Below, in pieces: positions 47,063 to 55,733 of a stretch of DNA of 64,000 nucleotides. The translations under genes and the position numbers were made by a program. Position 1 is the stretch's first letter; every line of letters begins with the position of its first letter. The notes beneath the pieces are model-generated. The model saw only the letters and a program-made list of their open reading frames with translations, made no database searches and was not told where the DNA came from. The DNA is from a virus, in the IMG/VR virus record IMGVR_UViG_2772190613_000004; one strand, written 5' to 3'.

Positions 47063-48015
47063 AGCGGGATCTCGCTGAACAGGTCTGGTGACGGCGGGGC
47101 ACCATCGGGCGGCGGAGACTCCACTGCCGCGGCTGGTGCTGGCGGTGGTTTGGCTGGGCGGCCGGCCTTGCCGAGTTCGGTGAGCGCCGCGCCGAGCCGG
47201 TCGAGTGCGCCTTGGGTGTTCTTGACGGGGTTGGCCCACCGGTCGGTCAGTGCCGACATGGCCCGCTGCACGTCGCCGAACGCGCGGACCGCTGTGGCGA
47301 TCTCGCGGATCTGCGCGAGCGTGACTTCGCCGCTCCACCCGTACCGACCCGACGACCGATCAGTCGCGCCGGCGGTGAAATCGATCTTGGCGCCGAGTGC
47401 CTGTTCGACCTGGGCGAGGCGCTCGCGGATCTGGGCGGCGTCGTGCAGGCCACCGGCGGCCAGGCGGCGGTCGACGGCAGCCTGCACCTGCTTGTCGAAG
47501 TCGCGGCGCGCGTCTTCACGGGCGTCGCGGCGCACGGCTTCGGCGGCCTGGGCGCGAAGGGTGTCTTGGCGGGCCATGATGCTGCGCACCGCATTCCAGC
47601 CCGGCCGGTGCACGCGGGGGTCCTTGCGGTGGGCCTGGGTGTGGACCTGCATGCGGTTCTTCGACCGCGGTGACGGGCTCATGAGGCCCCACCCGGCGGG
47701 TAGTTCGCCGTCGTGCACAATCGCGGGATCGCTGACGACGAGCCACCATTCGTGGCATTCGTCGGCCCAGGCATCAGCCTTGCCGGGCTTGCTCAGTTCG
47801 TTGAGCCAGTCGCTGCGGCTGATCTTAAGTTCGTGGCCAATGAGGATTCTGCCGCTGCTGCTGGTGAATCCGACGTAGATGGCGTCGCAGCGGCTGCCGC
47901 TGCCCCAGCCGCCGTTCTGCCCGACTTCGGGGAGGAACACGCCGCCAGGCATCGGCGCCGAGGGTTTGATGTAGTGCCGCTCGAGCTGAGCGAGCAGGTC
48001 GCTCGAGGCGCTCAC
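47059..48015 (-). CDS. PD-(D/E)XK (MmcB-like) nuclease
   Basis: EV..RCDA..GHELKISRSDW..ELPAGWGL. Confidence 0.8.
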   Translation of the reverse strand: MSASSDLLAQLERHYIKPSAPMPGGVFLPEVGQNGGWGSGSRCDAIYVGFTSSSGRILIGHELKISRSDWLNELSKPGKADAWADECHEWWLVVSDPAIVHDGELPAGWGLMSPSPRSKNRMQVHTQAHRKDPRVHRPGWNAVRSIMARQDTLRAQAAEAVRRDAREDARRDFDKQVQAAVDRRLAAGGLHDAAQIRERLAQVEQALGAKIDFTAGATDRSSGRYGWSGEVTLAQIREIATAVRAFGDVQRAMSALTDRWANPVKNTQGALDRLGAALTELGKAGRPAKPPPAPAAAVESPPPDGAPPSPDLFSEIPL

Positions 48016-48359
48016 CTGTCAAGCTCCGGTGTGTAGAGCACGCGCACGGGCAGCACGATGGCGGTCGCCGGTTCCTCGACTTCGGACCCAGTCGCCCACC
48101 ACGGTTCATTGCGCGTGTATCTACCGTCTTTCATCCATGCGACGTCGCGGTGCGACTCGTGAACGATGCTGCGGTCAGGCAGCGCGTCGAGCTGCTCCAC
48201 GGTCTCGATGAGCGTCGGGCGCAGACGCCGCACCTCGGCGATCAGCAGTCGGTGCGCGTCGACGATGCGGCCCAGCTTCTCGCTCGCCCGGGTGCCATCG
48301 GACATGTACACCAGTCCGCGGGTTGCGTTTTCGAGTTCATCGAGGTCGAGTTCAGACAT
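48012..48359 (-). CDS. hypothetical protein
   Basis: TVEQLDALP module; coupled. Confidence 0.7.
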   Translation of the reverse strand: MSELDLDELENATRGLVYMSDGTRASEKLGRIVDAHRLLIAEVRRLRPTLIETVEQLDALPDRSIVHESHRDVAWMKDGRYTRNEPWWATGSEVEEPATAIVLPVRVLYTPELDR

Positions 48360-48693
48360 AGCGCCACTCGATTCGGGTGACCATCGAGTCGGGCCGGCAG
48401 CCCTTGTGGGAGTCGCAGAAGAACCGCACGAACTCGTCGGGTGTCAGCTCGGGGAAGCCTTCGCGGGCAACGTCATCGACGTCGATGCGGTTCAGCGGCT
48501 CCCGCCGGACGCTGACCACCTCCACATCGGTGATCCGCACCAGCGGCTCACCCTTGCGGCGGCCCATCACTTTGCGGCACAGGGTCAAACGGTCGCCGGG
48601 CTTGAGGATCAGCCACCCCATGCGGCGCGTCACGTCCTTCGTGCGGGCGACCACCTGCACCTCGGTGAGCGACACCGACATCAACCGCGCCAT
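48352..48693 (-). CDS. ASCH-domain protein
   Basis: KDVTRR..KPGD..REPL..AREGF..RIEW. Confidence 0.8.
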   Translation of the reverse strand: MARLMSVSLTEVQVVARTKDVTRRMGWLILKPGDRLTLCRKVMGRRKGEPLVRITDVEVVSVRREPLNRIDVDDVAREGFPELTPDEFVRFFCDSHKGCRPDSMVTRIEWRYV

Positions 48694-48842
48694 CAGCAGG
48701 CCCCGTCGCAGTAGCAGCCACCGCATTCGCAGCAGCAGCCGTCGTTGTCGGTGCCGAATCGTCCGGCCGCGCAGTCGGTCGTCGAGGTGCCGTCGTCCTC
48801 GACACCACCGCCACAGGTCTTGCAGGTGTTTGGGTCAGCCAT
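48693..48842 (-). CDS. 49-aa Cys-rich microprotein
   Basis: 10 Cys; GAGGAGG RBS; TGATG coupling. Confidence 0.75.
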   Translation of the reverse strand: MADPNTCKTCGGGVEDDGTSTTDCAAGRFGTDNDGCCCECGGCYCDGAC

Positions 48843-48843
48843 G

Positions 48844-49002
48844 TCAGTCCTCCTCGTCGTCAGCGGGTGGTTCCCAGCCGGGGCAGTCGCACATCTCGTC
48901 GATAGCGGCGCCGGGCGGTAGGTGGCAGCAGGCGGTGTGCACCACGCCGTCGCCGTGGTCGTCCCGTGGGTGATCGCAGAGCGCGCACACGATTTCGTCC
49001 AT
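48844..49002 (-). CDS. 52-aa Cys/His-rich protein
   Basis: CALCDH..H..CC..CDC; coupled. Confidence 0.7.
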   Translation of the reverse strand: MDEIVCALCDHPRDDHGDGVVHTACCHLPPGAAIDEMCDCPGWEPPADDEED

Positions 49003-49364
49003 CAGCCCGTCACCTCGAATAGTGGGTCCATCTGTTCCTCCAGTGCGGCGCGGCGGGTGGCCGCTGCGGTCTGCTTGTGGTGCTCGATGTCGTAGTGCAG
49101 GTGGCAGCCCTGGCACATCGCGCGGAGGTTGTCGTCGCGGCAGTCCTCGGGCGTGTGGTTGAGGTGGGCGACGGTGAGCACGACCTTGCTGCCGGTGCCA
49201 TATGCGGGCTGCCCGTGGCGGTTTGGGCACCGGCCGGTGTGGGTGCCGCGGCCGCACTCACCGTGGCATTCGCAGCGGCCCTTGGCGCGCTCGAACCGGA
49301 TCCGCCGGCTGATCTCCCGCCAGTCGGCTGGGTAGCGGTCACGGTTCTCGGGTCGGATCGGCAT
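49002..49364 (-). CDS. HNH endonuclease-like protein
   Basis: YPADW..RCE..LTVAHLNH..NL..CQGCH. Confidence 0.85.
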   Translation of the reverse strand: MPIRPENRDRYPADWREISRRIRFERAKGRCECHGECGRGTHTGRCPNRHGQPAYGTGSKVVLTVAHLNHTPEDCRDDNLRAMCQGCHLHYDIEHHKQTAAATRRAALEEQMDPLFEVTG

Positions 49365-49789
49365 CAGGACCGCCCGGGATCGGCGTCCGGGTCGTGCACC
49401 GGTTGCCACTCTGGGCATGCGTCTGGCTGCGCGGTGCGTTGCGTCGACTCCGCAGCGTCGGCGGCGGCAAGCACGTCCGCGGCGAACACGCGTGCCTCGA
49501 GAACGTTGGCGCGGAACACGTACTCGCACCGCGCGCCGATCTCGATCTCGTCGCCGTCAACCCTGGTGTACGGGTAGTGATTCCACTGCGGCTGGTGCTC
49601 TGGCCCCCAGTACTCGGACGGCGACTTGGGCAGCTTCACGAGCGCGTACCCGTTGGTCTTGAGGGCATCGAGGTGAGCGGCGATAGCAGCATCGGCGAGG
49701 TGATCGGTGTAGCCGAAGCCATGCTCTGGCTTCCAGCCGCGCGCAGCCCGGATCGCTTCGGCGACCTTCTCGCGTGCGGTGTCGGTCAT
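49364..49789 (-). CDS. hypothetical protein
   Basis: Coupled; GGAGG RBS. Confidence 0.7.
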   Translation of the reverse strand: MTDTAREKVAEAIRAARGWKPEHGFGYTDHLADAAIAAHLDALKTNGYALVKLPKSPSEYWGPEHQPQWNHYPYTRVDGDEIEIGARCEYVFRANVLEARVFAADVLAAADAAESTQRTAQPDACPEWQPVHDPDADPGRS

Positions 49790-50046
49790 TTCGTGCCTCC
49801 TAGGGCAAGTTGTTGGGCGCGGATCATGGCCCGTGCGTGGGCGTTGGGCCAGGCGGTGACGCGGTAGAAGTTGAGTTCCCGGTTACCTCGGTTGATGGCC
49901 CAGCCCTGGATGCGTCCATTGGCGGCGCGGACCGGCACGACCCTGATGCGGTTCGGGCACCGAGGATTTCCCTTGCATGTGCAGTCGTACCCGCCACCAG
50001 CGATTGGTGGGCACACACCGCAACATCCGATCGGTCGGTCAGTCAT
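49786..50046 (-). CDS. Cys-rich hypothetical protein
   Basis: CCGVCP..CTC..RCP. Confidence 0.65.
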   Translation of the reverse strand: MTDRPIGCCGVCPPIAGGGYDCTCKGNPRCPNRIRVVPVRAANGRIQGWAINRGNRELNFYRVTAWPNAHARAMIRAQQLALGGTK

Positions 50047-50440
50047 GGCCAGCCTCCAGCGCGGCGATGATGCGTTCAGGCTTCACAGCTACTACGCCCG
50101 TACCCGAATAGGTTGCGGGATTCTCGGCCAGTTCCCGCACCCGCTCAACGATCGCCCGTAGCCGCTCGTTGTCGGTGCCCAGCTCGGCAAGCCTCTCCCA
50201 CACCAGTCCCCAGTCACCGTCGCCGTCCTCGTCGATCAGGTGGTGCAGGCCACTCGCATCCAGGGCCATCCGACATTGGCCTTCCACGACCCCGCCGAGT
50301 GTCTTGCATGCACCGCGCAGCTTCTCCACTTCGGCGACCAGTTCGGGACCGTGGTCCAGTGCCACATGACGCGCCATCTCCGGTGATCTGGCAGCCATCT
50401 CAATGTCAGCGCGGATAGCGTCTAGGTCGATGTCACTCAT
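50039..50440 (-). CDS. hypothetical protein carrying a duplicated module
   Basis: QCRMALDASGLHHLIDEDGDGDWGL. Confidence 0.7.
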   Translation of the reverse strand: MSDIDLDAIRADIEMAARSPEMARHVALDHGPELVAEVEKLRGACKTLGGVVEGQCRMALDASGLHHLIDEDGDGDWGLVWERLAELGTDNERLRAIVERVRELAENPATYSGTGVVAVKPERIIAALEAGHD

Positions 50441-50687
50441 GGCCCAACTCCTCGGTGGTGTAGGCCAATCTGGCTGTTGCACACGGCCATACCTTCGGAC
50501 CGAGGCAGTGGTTGCACACCACGTCATGCGGCGAACGTGGATCGTTCGTGGCGAAGGGGCGATGTAGATCCCGGATCGGGGCCAACGCCTCACGGGCAGC
50601 GTCGACCGACAACCTTGTGACCTCGCCGGACTCGTCTCCACGAACTGCCCACGCCCTTCGAGCAGCTTCGATTGCTGGGTCGCTCAT
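50433..50687 (-). CDS. hypothetical protein
   Basis: LH..CNHC..WPCAT; AGGAGG RBS. Confidence 0.7.
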   Translation of the reverse strand: MSDPAIEAARRAWAVRGDESGEVTRLSVDAAREALAPIRDLHRPFATNDPRSPHDVVCNHCLGPKVWPCATARLAYTTEELGHE

Positions 50688-50757
50688 CGTGTCCTCCTGG
50701 TCCACATTGATCCGGTGATGCGTCGTCGATTTCGGTGGGCGAGCATCGATTCCGCGT

Positions 50758-51120
50758 TCACTGGTCGGCCTCGGGGTTGTAGAGAACGGTTGCTGGAAGC
50801 GGAACCTCACCGGGGTACTGGCCGTCCTCGCACCCCGCGTCGTACCAAACAGCCGAGGGCAAACGTGGATTCGGTGAGTGCTTCGCCCAGGCGAAGCCCC
50901 GCGCGCATCGAACAATCGACCTCATCGGCAGTGCGTCGAGTTGCTCAACGGTGGTGATCGTGCGGGCCTTCACTACAGCCGCACGCTGCTCCTCGGCTAC
51001 GTGTCGGGCCCACTCGTCGGCGGTCAGCACGATCCGCCGACACCCACACCGCGAATGCGTGCCATGAAAGAACGGGCCCTGATGCACACGCAGGACCGCC
51101 GCCAACTCATCGATGGTCAT
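50758..51120 (-). CDS. hypothetical protein
   Basis: TVEQLDALP module. Confidence 0.7.
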   Translation of the reverse strand: MTIDELAAVLRVHQGPFFHGTHSRCGCRRIVLTADEWARHVAEEQRAAVVKARTITTVEQLDALPMRSIVRCARGFAWAKHSPNPRLPSAVWYDAGCEDGQYPGEVPLPATVLYNPEADQ

Positions 51121-51127
51121 CGGAAGC

Positions 51128-51454
51128 TCAGAAGGACACAACGGTCAGCGGGAATGCTCCCGATGTCTCAGCGGTGCACCAACTGAACCTCTCGGCGTTG
51201 TGATCTACGAACTTGGCGTAGACGTGCTCAACTCCGGTTCCATCGATGTCGTCGAAGTCGCCCGACGGGATCATGTGGTTCAGGTAGCGGGTGACCTCGG
51301 CCAACATCTGGACTTCGGGCACGTGGCCATATGCGTAGAAGCGTTCTCCGTCCTCGTCTTCCGTGACGGTGAACACTGCGCCGCAGTCCTCGGTGTTGAA
51401 GTCACCCTGCTCGGCGACGGGCCAGTTGATCTGATCGATGGTGATGGTCTTCAT
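51128..51454 (-). CDS. acidic hypothetical protein
   Basis: AGGA RBS; YAYGH. Confidence 0.7.
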   Translation of the reverse strand: MKTITIDQINWPVAEQGDFNTEDCGAVFTVTEDEDGERFYAYGHVPEVQMLAEVTRYLNHMIPSGDFDDIDGTGVEHVYAKFVDHNAERFSWCTAETSGAFPLTVVSF

Positions 51455-51514
51455 GGCATTCCTAACCTTGAGATTTTTCGTGGCCTGTCGCCACCCGGCG
51501 GTACGGTGCCGTCC

Positions 51515-51760
51515 ATGTCCCGCCCCACCACCACTGACTGGTCCTGGTACCAGTCCGCGATGGTGCAAATCCGCCCCGACGCGTGGATCGCCACACTCCC
51601 CATGAGCTGCCCACGCTGCCTACTCCCCTGGTCCGACGACGGGCTGACACCGATCCGAGGACACGTCCACCGCGGCCGAGGACACCCACCCCAAGCGCAG
51701 GTATCCACCACCAGCTATCGGTGCGCCCAGTGCGGACACACCGCCTACGAACAGAAGTGA
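51515..51760 (+). CDS. antisense Zn-ribbon protein
   Basis: CPRC..CAQCG; TACGGT-N7-ATG; stop abuts the MTase stop. Confidence 0.7.
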   Translation: MSRPTTTDWSWYQSAMVQIRPDAWIATLPMSCPRCLLPWSDDGLTPIRGHVHRGRGHPPQAQVSTTSYRCAQCGHTAYEQK

Positions 51761-53197
51761 TCACGCGGCCACCGCCGACACTGGAAGTAGCCAGCGCAAA
51801 GCAGCGATGGCCTGCTGCGGGCAGACACCGTTGCCGATGATGCGCAGCGCGTCGTTGCGGCTCACCCCAGGGACATCAGTGACCCAGCCAGCCGGCCAGC
51901 CCATCATCCACTCCGGAAAATGCGCTGCCAGCCTTGGGTTTCCGAATGTGTTCGGCTCAGTTGGCGAAGGCGCTGGTCGGGTCACCGCCTCCCAACGTTT
52001 GATGGCCGGGGCGTACTTGCCCCACTGCTGAGCCATCTCCACGGCCTGGCCCGGTAGCAGGGGCTCGTTGCCCCGGTCCCCGCCACGCGCCTTCCTGCTT
52101 CCATCGCCGTCAGCAGCTCTGGGCGTTTGCAGCAGCCGAATGACCCTGGTCTCAACGTCGTCCATCCGCTCGGCGCGAGACAGCGGGTTAGCCCCGCCAT
52201 CGCCATCGCTTCGCCTCGGCGTCGGTAGAAGATCCGTGATGCTGTCCAGTGACGGGCGAACCGCTGCACCCGGCGACGCCGACTGATTGTTGCCCGACCG
52301 CGCAGCGCACGGGGTAGCAAGCAGATCTACGGCTGCCAGCTCGGCGGCAGCTGCTCCCATGTCTCGAATTCCCGCGGCAGCTTCCCGGCTGCGATCTCGA
52401 TCGCCTGCTCCAGCGACGGCGACGACATGCTGTCCCGCCGTGTCGCCGCTCCGCGCGATGTCCGCTCCGCGCACCCTCGTGGAGTCGGCATCAACTGCGA
52501 GGATGATGACTCGCTCGCGCTTGTGGGGTGCGCCGACGCTGGCAGCGGAAATAGTCGTCCATTGCGCGTCATACCCGAGGTTGGCCAGGTCGGCAACAAC
52601 TGTCCCGATGGCTCGTTGAACAAGTCGACGCTTGAGGGTTCGGAATCGAGCCAATGCCCGGTCTCGGAGTCGAGCCATCCGATGCAGCTCGAATTGCTTG
52701 CGCTGCTTGTACTGTCCATGCCACCAGTCCTCTCGCATGGCTCGGTTGATCTTGCTGTGGATGAGGGCGACGACGCGAGCAAGGCGCGCCCACTCGGCGT
52801 CGGCGGCGACCACTTCAGCCGGCCACGCCTCACCGTCAGCGCTGAGCAGGTTCCTTACGTTCTCGATGACCACCAGACGCGGCCGGAGCGCTGCGATGGC
52901 ACGGGCGAACTCGGACCACAGGCCCGAGCGGGTACCGGCGCCCATCCCGGCCTGACGGCCAGCGCTACTGATGTCCTGGCATGGGAACCCGCCGCACAGG
53001 ATGTCGATGGCCTCGACGGTCGACCAGTCGACGGCGGTGATGTCGCCGTGGTTAGGTACGCCCGGCCATCGATGAGCGAGCACCTTCGACGCCGCCGCAT
53101 CGAGCTCGCAGTGCCACACTGTGCGGCCGCCGAAGAACTGCTCGACGGCCATGTCCAGGCCACCGGCTCCTGAGAAGAGCGATCCGACCCTCAGCAT
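51761..53197 (-). CDS. DNA cytosine-C5 methyltransferase
   Basis: SLFSGAGG, GFPCQ, ENV, HKRER, EWMMG, GNGV. Confidence 0.95.
   Translation of the reverse strand: MLRVGSLFSGAGGLDMAVEQFFGGRTVWHCELDAAASKVLAHRWPGVPNHGDITAVDWSTVEAIDILCGGFPCQDISSAGRQAGMGAGTRSGLWSEFARAIAALRPRLVVIENVRNLLSADGEAWPAEVVAADAEWARLARVVALIHSKINRAMREDWWHGQYKQRKQFELHRMARLRDRALARFRTLKRRLVQRAIGTVVADLANLGYDAQWTTISAASVGAPHKRERVIILAVDADSTRVRGADIARSGDTAGQHVVAVAGAGDRDRSREAAAGIRDMGAAAAELAAVDLLATPCAARSGNNQSASPGAAVRPSLDSITDLLPTPRRSDGDGGANPLSRAERMDDVETRVIRLLQTPRAADGDGSRKARGGDRGNEPLLPGQAVEMAQQWGKYAPAIKRWEAVTRPAPSPTEPNTFGNPRLAAHFPEWMMGWPAGWVTDVPGVSRNDALRIIGNGVCPQQAIAALRWLLPVSAVAA
52327..52719 (-). CDS. nested out-of-frame ORF, candidate MTase second subunit
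   Basis: GAGAGGA RBS; WPTSGMTRNG..LMPTP..SPSL. Confidence 0.6.
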   Translation of the reverse strand: MDSTSSASNSSCIGWLDSETGHWLDSEPSSVDLFNEPSGQLLPTWPTSGMTRNGRLFPLPASAHPTSASESSSSQLMPTPRGCAERTSRGAATRRDSMSSPSLEQAIEIAAGKLPREFETWEQLPPSWQP

Positions 53198-53565
53198 GGG
53201 TAATGCGGCATCAGTTCGTCGGCGCGCAGCGTTTCCACTGGTCCGCCGGGTTGACCTTGGAACGAGACCAGGCAGTCAGGGCCGCCGAGTTCGAAAATCC
53301 AGTCGAGGCAGCTACCGCACGGGGTGAATCGCTCACGCGCAGCAGCGATCACGATCGCCACAGCCGGGCCGTCGCCAGCGGCTGTCATCGACGTGAGCGC
53401 GTTCACTTCGGCGTGCACGTCGTGGGCGCGGAACCGGTGCTCGACGTTGCAGCCCGAGTACATGTTGCCTTGCGCCGACAGTGCGGCGGCGCCGACAGCG
53501 GTCTTCCCGTGGAGGTGCGCGTTTTCGCGTGCACCCCACGCAGCATCTGAGAGGACGGTGATCAT
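53191..53565 (-). CDS. cytidine deaminase
   Basis: VGAA, GCNVE, HAE, PCGSC, ELMP. Confidence 0.9.
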   Translation of the reverse strand: MITVLSDAAWGARENAHLHGKTAVGAAALSAQGNMYSGCNVEHRFRAHDVHAEVNALTSMTAAGDGPAVAIVIAAARERFTPCGSCLDWIFELGGPDCLVSFQGQPGGPVETLRADELMPHYPC

Positions 53566-53849
53566 GCGCCCGCCTCATTGATAGCCCTGATGGTCGGGCA
53601 CGGCCATTTATCGGCGCATTCGATGCACAGCGTGGTCTCGCGCTCGTGCAGTTCCCGGATGGCGTTGAGCGCCTGGGTTTGTCGTTCGGCGAGTTGCTTG
53701 GTGGCAAGCACCGCGTCGGCCGCCCCGAGGACACCGATCACGGAGCCGCGTTCGATCGCTTCCAGCAGGGTGCCGATGCCGGCGTCGTAGCGGGCCGGGA
53801 CGTCGGGGTTCTCGCCGAGCGGTTCGGACTGGTCTTCGCAGGTGTTCAT
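53562..53849 (-). CDS. hypothetical protein
   Basis: LH..CIEC..WPCPT. Confidence 0.7.
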   Translation of the reverse strand: MNTCEDQSEPLGENPDVPARYDAGIGTLLEAIERGSVIGVLGAADAVLATKQLAERQTQALNAIRELHERETTLCIECADKWPCPTIRAINEAGA

Positions 53850-54091
53850 GAGCCACTCACCTGCGGCTCGACTGAGCGCACGCGGTCCAGTTCGCCGGCC
53901 CACGTCTTCGCCGAGTCCAGCGACGCGAACGCCTTCCCCTCGACCGGGATGGCGAGCATCGTGAGACCGTCGTGGCCCTGGCCCTGCAGGATCCACTCCG
54001 GGCCGACTCGTTGCACGCTGTACACGCCGCGCATCCCAACCGCGGTCTGGGTGCCGATGATGTGGTCGTGGGATGTCCACTGCAGCATCAC
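53846..54091 (-). CDS. hypothetical protein
   Basis: Coupled at both ends. Confidence 0.7.
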   Translation of the reverse strand: MMLQWTSHDHIIGTQTAVGMRGVYSVQRVGPEWILQGQGHDGLTMLAIPVEGKAFASLDSAKTWAGELDRVRSVEPQVSGS

Positions 54092-54522
54092 AGTTCGTCG
54101 CCTTCCACTCGGATCTCGACGCCCGCCGTCTCCCCGATCTCAGCGAGCCGCTTGTACGCGGATAGGCCGATGACCTGCGAATCGTCGGAAAAACATACGT
54201 CCGTCAAGGCATCGAGACAGGCCCTCGAGAGCTTGTCGATATCCGGCCTTCTCACCGCCGCCGGGGTCCTGGTCTTCGGCGCCGACTTCGGGCGCGGCAT
54301 CACGAAGTTCAGCGACACCGTCACTGCGCCGCCGAACAGCGGCCGGCCAGCCATCGCCTGGTGCGCGGCCAGGGCGACGCGTTCACGCCACGGCCCAACC
54401 TCTTTCGACGACTCGACCAAGATGCCGCGCCCGACGTGCCGCTTGCTGCCCTGCGGGGCGGCCTTCCCCGGCACGAAGAACCGCACCGAGGCGTCGGCCC
54501 CTGGCAGTGTCGGGGCGGTCAC
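54088..54522 (-). CDS. rusA: RusA-like Holliday junction resolvase
   Basis: PQGSK, PDIDKL, DAL, DDSQV. Confidence 0.9.
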   Translation of the reverse strand: MTAPTLPGADASVRFFVPGKAAPQGSKRHVGRGILVESSKEVGPWRERVALAAHQAMAGRPLFGGAVTVSLNFVMPRPKSAPKTRTPAAVRRPDIDKLSRACLDALTDVCFSDDSQVIGLSAYKRLAEIGETAGVEIRVEGDEL

Positions 54523-55355
54523 TGGTCGCTCACCTTCGCGGCGGCGTCGGCGATGATCCCGCCCAGCTCCGTCTGTGGGTTCTCCACCGACACGGACACA
54601 CCGCTCGCCTTCATGTCGCGCAGCGCCGCAACCAGATCGGCGTCAGCGGCCAGGACGGGCTCGATGCTGGGGCCGTCCGTCGCATCGCCGGGCACAGGCG
54701 TGCCCGGCATCGCGATGCCGATCCACGTGTCGCCGATCTGCACGATCTGCAGCAGTCGAGTCGGCGACCGGAACATCTGGATCTGCATGTTGCGGCGCCT
54801 GGCTACGGCCACCAGCGGAGCCAGCACTGTCGCCGACCAAAGGGTCAGCGGTACCTCGGCGTAGTCCTCTTTCGTGACGAACGTGTCGGTGCCGATCCGG
54901 TGCACGATGCTGATCGGGAACTTCGTTTCGTGGTGCGCGTGGAACTGAAACTCATTGTCCGAGTCGAACAATGCTGGCGTCTCAGCGAGTGTGACCGTCC
55001 AGCCGGGGTGCTCGTCGTCCTTGCCGTCCTCCGGTGGATCGGCGAGCACCAGGCTGATGTCGACGGTGTGCTGGTCGCCCTTGATTTTCTTCCATGACTT
55101 GATCAGCGACAGCACGTTGGCGACCGACTCGCACGGCCACACCATGGGGTCGATGCGGCCATCGCAGGGAATCCACGTGTGCCCGAGCACGTACCTGTTG
55201 GTGGACGATGCGGCGAGCAGGTCGACGTCGCTGGGTTCGTCGCGCCAGGGCGCCCTCGTGGTGGTCAGGTGGACGCCGCCGACGTCGTTGCTGGCGGTCT
55301 GCAACGCGTCGGACAGGATGTCGATCAGCTTCGTGGTCTGGACAGTGATGCCCAT
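54519..55355 (-). CDS. sliding-clamp (DnaN)-like protein
   Basis: ASSTNRYVLG resembles the DnaN ATDRYRL motif; IAMP near the C-terminus. Confidence 0.5.
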   Translation of the reverse strand: MGITVQTTKLIDILSDALQTASNDVGGVHLTTTRAPWRDEPSDVDLLAASSTNRYVLGHTWIPCDGRIDPMVWPCESVANVLSLIKSWKKIKGDQHTVDISLVLADPPEDGKDDEHPGWTVTLAETPALFDSDNEFQFHAHHETKFPISIVHRIGTDTFVTKEDYAEVPLTLWSATVLAPLVAVARRRNMQIQMFRSPTRLLQIVQIGDTWIGIAMPGTPVPGDATDGPSIEPVLAADADLVAALRDMKASGVSVSVENPQTELGGIIADAAAKVSDQ

Positions 55356-55380
55356 GCTTGTTCCTTTCCGAGGATGGGGA

Positions 55381-55671
55381 TTACAGGCGGTCGCCTGTGG
55401 CCTTGCGGGTGTCGATGGGGTGGCGGCCAAGGATCAGCTGCGTGAGCCGGTGGCGCTGGGCGCCCGGGTCCAGGTCGTCAAAGTCGGCATAGTCCGGCTC
55501 GTCGACTAGTCCGGGCCACCACGGGGATTGGGCGAACTGAGCGTGCAGTTCGGCCAGCCGGAGCTTGAATGCGACGTGGGGCAACTTCGGCGCCACCTGC
55601 GGGTCGGCGTGCTCCAACTCAGCCAGCAGCTCGTCAGCACGCTGGTAGTGCTCAGCGGGGGTCAGGGTCAT
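55381..55671 (-). CDS. hypothetical protein
   Basis: TPAEHYQRADELL; coupled. Confidence 0.7.
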   Translation of the reverse strand: MTLTPAEHYQRADELLAELEHADPQVAPKLPHVAFKLRLAELHAQFAQSPWWPGLVDEPDYADFDDLDPGAQRHRLTQLILGRHPIDTRKATGDRL

Positions 55672-55733
55672 CGGAAGACCCACCCGAAGACGACGAACAA
55701 CGCGATCCACGTCGCCGCCTCAGCCCACGTCAT
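55668..55733 (-). CDS. 21-aa membrane peptide
   Basis: MTWAEAATWIALFVVFGWVFR; ATGA overlap at both ends; GGAGG RBS. Confidence 0.6.
   Translation of the reverse strand: MTWAEAATWIALFVVFGWVFR

Noticed and set aside
51462-51764. Minus-strand 100-aa ORF after the MTase
   Set aside because: R/G-rich with no motifs; the + strand CxxC ORF with a -10 box is better supported
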